Positions 61,458-64,000 of a stretch of 64,000 nucleotides of DNA are shown piece after piece. The stretch covers positions 30,004 to 94,003 of the forward strand of contig ARRL01000004.1 of assembly GCA_000385055.1 (NCBI GenBank), in the 5' to 3' direction. How positions within the stretch are numbered: position 1 is the stretch's first letter; each line of letters begins with the position of its first letter. The notes under the pieces are model-generated. The model searched no databases, was not told the DNA's origin, and was given only the letters and a program-made list of their open reading frames with translations. The translations under genes were made by a program, and so were the position numbers. The stretch comes from a gamma proteobacterium SCGC AAA168-P09 (GTDB lineage: Bacteria; Pseudomonadota; Gammaproteobacteria; Magnimaribacterales; D2472).

Positions 61458-63173
61458 GTGATTTCAAAAAATATATCAAGTCTTTTATTTTGCTTTTTCC
61501 TTTTATCTTGCGCTCCACAAGATAGTGAAATTGAAATCCCAAAAACCTCCCAAGTAGAAAATCTTATAGAGCACTCAAAAGAATTTGAAAGAAAGGTATA
61601 TTCTTATGATACCCCTGGTGGAAAAATACATGTAGCAATTGGCTTTGGTATTGCTAATTCAATAATGGTTGAAGGTGATACTGGAAACATTATTATTGAT
61701 TCATCAGACAGTACTTATGAGGCTGAAGAGATATATGAGCTTTTTAAACAAAAAAACTCCAATCCAATTAAAGCCATTATTTATACCCATAACCATGGAG
61801 ATCATACTTTCGGAACTGCATATTACTTAACAACACAGAAAGAAAGACCAAAAATTATTGCTCATAAATCTACAGATTATTATATGCAGAGAATTCTTGG
61901 AATAATTAATCCTATCATTAGCACTAGAAGTACCAGAATGTTTGGAACCGCCTTACCGGAGGATGATGTTATAAATGTTGGCATTGGTAAAAGCCTCAAT
62001 ATTTCTAAATCACCATTTGGTTATGTTAGTCCAGATACAACGTTTGAGGATGAACTTAAGATTAACATTGCTGGAATAAATATTGAACTTTACCATGCTC
62101 CTGGCGAAACCAATGATCAGTTATTTGTTTGGCTACCTAATCATAAATCATTAATGCCGGGCGATAACATATATAAGACATTTCCCAATCTATACACAAT
62201 CAGAGGAACAACTCATAGAGATGTAATGGGGTGGGTTTCAAGTCTAGATCACATGCGTTCATTTAATTCTGAGTACGTATTTCCTAGTCACACCAAGCCA
62301 ATTATTGGATCAGTGGTAATATCAGATACTCTTACTTTGTACAGGGATGCAATTCAGTTTGTTCATGATCAAACTGTCAGATTAATGAATCAAGGTTTCT
62401 ACCCAGATCAGATTATTCAATTAGTCGAGTTACCAGAGCCTATAAAAAAGTCTCCTTTTTTAAATGAATTTTATGGCACAGTAAGATGGTCTGTTAAAAG
62501 TATCTTCAACGGCTATCTTGGCTGGTTTAATGGTAATCCTGCTGAATTAGATCCATTATCAAGAAAAGATGAGGCTCAGAAATTTGCAAATCTAGCTGGT
62601 GGAGAAGAAGCTTTATTTTTAGCCTTTCAAAATGCAGTAAATGATAAAGAGATGCAATGGGCCCTAGAGCTAAGTGATAGGTTGATGGCATTAAATTATT
62701 CTATAGCTGAAGTGGAATCCCTAAGAAGAGAGGCTTTACTTTATATTGGAGCAAGGTCTTCTAACCCCAATAAAAGAAATTACTTTCTTTCATCAGCGCT
62801 GGAGTTAAATAATAATTTTGTCTCTTTTTCAGAGACCGAAAGAACTGTAGAAGGAGTTAAAGAAATTTCAATAGATACTATTTTTAGTATTCTATCTGTG
62901 AGGCTAAATCCAGAGAAAGTCGTTAATAAGAATATGAATGTATGTTTTTATTTTTCATCAGGACTAAGAAAAACAATATCAATTAGAAATCAGGTTGCTG
63001 CAATATCTAATCAAATTAATGATCCATGCGCTATTAAAGTTAAGTCAACAGAATTTAACTTTAAAATGGCGATATCTGGTTTGGCCAACCCAGTGATGGC
63101 TATGGCTAGCGGTGATCTTGAAGTTGATGGAAGTAATAAGGAGTTTCTTCAGTTCCTTACTTATTTTAGGTAA
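61458..63173 (+). CDS. Alkyl/aryl-sulfatase-like metallo-beta-lactamase-fold lipoprotein (SdsA1-type architecture)
   Basis: GTG start and lipobox 'LLSC'. MBL motif 'THNHGDHTFG'. A helical dimerisation-like middle region is followed by a C-terminal SCP2-like domain ending '...MASGDLEVDGSNKEFLQFLTYF'. Confidence 0.78.
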   Translation: MISKNISSLLFCFFLLSCAPQDSEIEIPKTSQVENLIEHSKEFERKVYSYDTPGGKIHVAIGFGIANSIMVEGDTGNIIIDSSDSTYEAEEIYELFKQKNSNPIKAIIYTHNHGDHTFGTAYYLTTQKERPKIIAHKSTDYYMQRILGIINPIISTRSTRMFGTALPEDDVINVGIGKSLNISKSPFGYVSPDTTFEDELKINIAGINIELYHAPGETNDQLFVWLPNHKSLMPGDNIYKTFPNLYTIRGTTHRDVMGWVSSLDHMRSFNSEYVFPSHTKPIIGSVVISDTLTLYRDAIQFVHDQTVRLMNQGFYPDQIIQLVELPEPIKKSPFLNEFYGTVRWSVKSIFNGYLGWFNGNPAELDPLSRKDEAQKFANLAGGEEALFLAFQNAVNDKEMQWALELSDRLMALNYSIAEVESLRREALLYIGARSSNPNKRNYFLSSALELNNNFVSFSETERTVEGVKEISIDTIFSILSVRLNPEKVVNKNMNVCFYFSSGLRKTISIRNQVAAISNQINDPCAIKVKSTEFNFKMAISGLANPVMAMASGDLEVDGSNKEFLQFLTYFR

Positions 63174-63176
63174 TTT

Positions 63177-63632
63177 TTACCATCTATATTTATCGAAGTT
63201 TTCTGGATTAGCCCAGCCTTCAGAATTATTCCATGATCTTTTATTATTGTAGGTCTTTAGATTATATGAAAAACATAATAACTTATTTTTACTGTCTTCT
63301 AATTCAACCTGAAATCCAAGTTTAATCATATTTGATTCTATTACTCCGTCTTCAGGAATGGTAAATATCATAATTTTTTGACTAAGAAGATTTTTTATAA
63401 TCCCGATTTCACTATCCTTAAGTTCTATGTCTTCAAGTACTATAAATAAATCACTAGTTTCCTTAATGTCATCAATTGACGGAGAAATATTAATTTGAGA
63501 TACGCTTGTATTTTCAAACAATTTAACAAGCACAGAAATATTTTGTTTAGTAACAAGCTGAACATTTGATGCGTTTTCTTCTTGAACTATCTTTAGGATA
63601 AAGTTATTTAGAATACTTCCATTTTTTTTCAT
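63177..63632 (-). CDS. Hypothetical protein translationally coupled to mdh
   Basis: 151 aa. Start overlaps the mdh stop (ATGA). Trp-rich C-terminus 'RSWNNSEGWANPENFDKYRW'. Confidence 0.5.
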   Translation of the reverse strand: MKKNGSILNNFILKIVQEENASNVQLVTKQNISVLVKLFENTSVSQINISPSIDDIKETSDLFIVLEDIELKDSEIGIIKNLLSQKIMIFTIPEDGVIESNMIKLGFQVELEDSKNKLLCFSYNLKTYNNKRSWNNSEGWANPENFDKYRW

Positions 63633-64000
63633 TTTAACAGATGTTTTACAGCCTCTCTTTCTGATTCAAGCTCATCAATTGATATTTGAAATTTTTTCTT
63701 TGCAAATTCAGACATACTAATGTCTCTTTTAATCTCAACACTACCATCGGAAAGTGTTATTAAAGGATAGCCGCAAATGAGACCTTCCGGTACACCATAT
63801 GCTCCATCACTAGCAACTGCTGCACTGAATGAGTTTCCTTCTTTGGTTGTATTTTCACAGGCAATTATTGTATCTAAAGCTGCTTTAGCAGCTGAAGTTG
63901 CAGAAGAGGCGCCTCTAGAATCTATCACAGCCTTTCCCCTTTGCTGAACAGTGGGTAAGAAATGATCCTCAACCCATTTCATGTCGTCTATAACATCTTT
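63629..64000 (-). CDS. mdh: Malate dehydrogenase, C-terminal part (5' end outside the window)
   Basis: 'QQRGKAVIDSRGASSATSAAKAALD' and 'SDGAYGVPEGLICGYP' are typical of type-2 MDH. The frame stays open to the window edge. Confidence 0.9.
   Translation of the reverse strand, partial: KDVIDDMKWVEDHFLPTVQQRGKAVIDSRGASSATSAAKAALDTIIACENTTKEGNSFSAAVASDGAYGVPEGLICGYPLITLSDGSVEIKRDISMSEFAKKKFQISIDELESEREAVKHLLK

Overview
The window is AT-rich (about one-third G+C by eye, not computed) and very tightly packed. It is almost entirely housekeeping DNA. Gene order is typical of Gammaproteobacteria: rodZ-ispG-hisS-yfgM-bamB-der; sdhCDAB-sucAB-lpdA-sucCD; msrB-murJ-ribF-ileS-lspA-ispH-ampD-ampG; groES-groEL; folE-maf-cysS; thrS; a complete System I cytochrome c maturation cluster ccmABCDEFGHI; and smc-zipA followed by a ligase. 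Many neighbouring genes overlap by 1-17 nt, and intergenic DNA is only a few percent of the window. This fits a streamlined marine gammaproteobacterium; 'SAR86-like' is only a guess from composition, the large TonB-dependent receptor and the synteny. I saw no CRISPR array, transposase, integrase, prophage or recognisable defence island. One tRNA gene, tRNA-Arg(CCT), lies on the minus strand. The most unusual locus is the smc-zipA-lig module at 52.5-58.0 kb. Its SMC is about 175 aa shorter than usual, has no recognisable hinge domain and carries two pairs of ancient internal duplications. Its ZipA is minimal. The slot normally held by NAD-dependent ligA contains an ATP-dependent (KxDG, phage/eukaryote-type) DNA ligase, which is translationally coupled to a transglycosylase-like lipoprotein. 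Other points worth a second look: a SAM-II/SAM-V-like pseudoknot in the metY leader; a hexapeptide acetyltransferase whose conserved N-terminal 100 codons have no ATG/GTG/TTG start; a secreted tandem-domain protein with a repeated C-x4-H motif; an oversized Cys-pair-rich TonB-dependent receptor; and several small conserved-looking orphans. All functional calls come from reading motifs in the supplied translations and from synteny. No database search was run.
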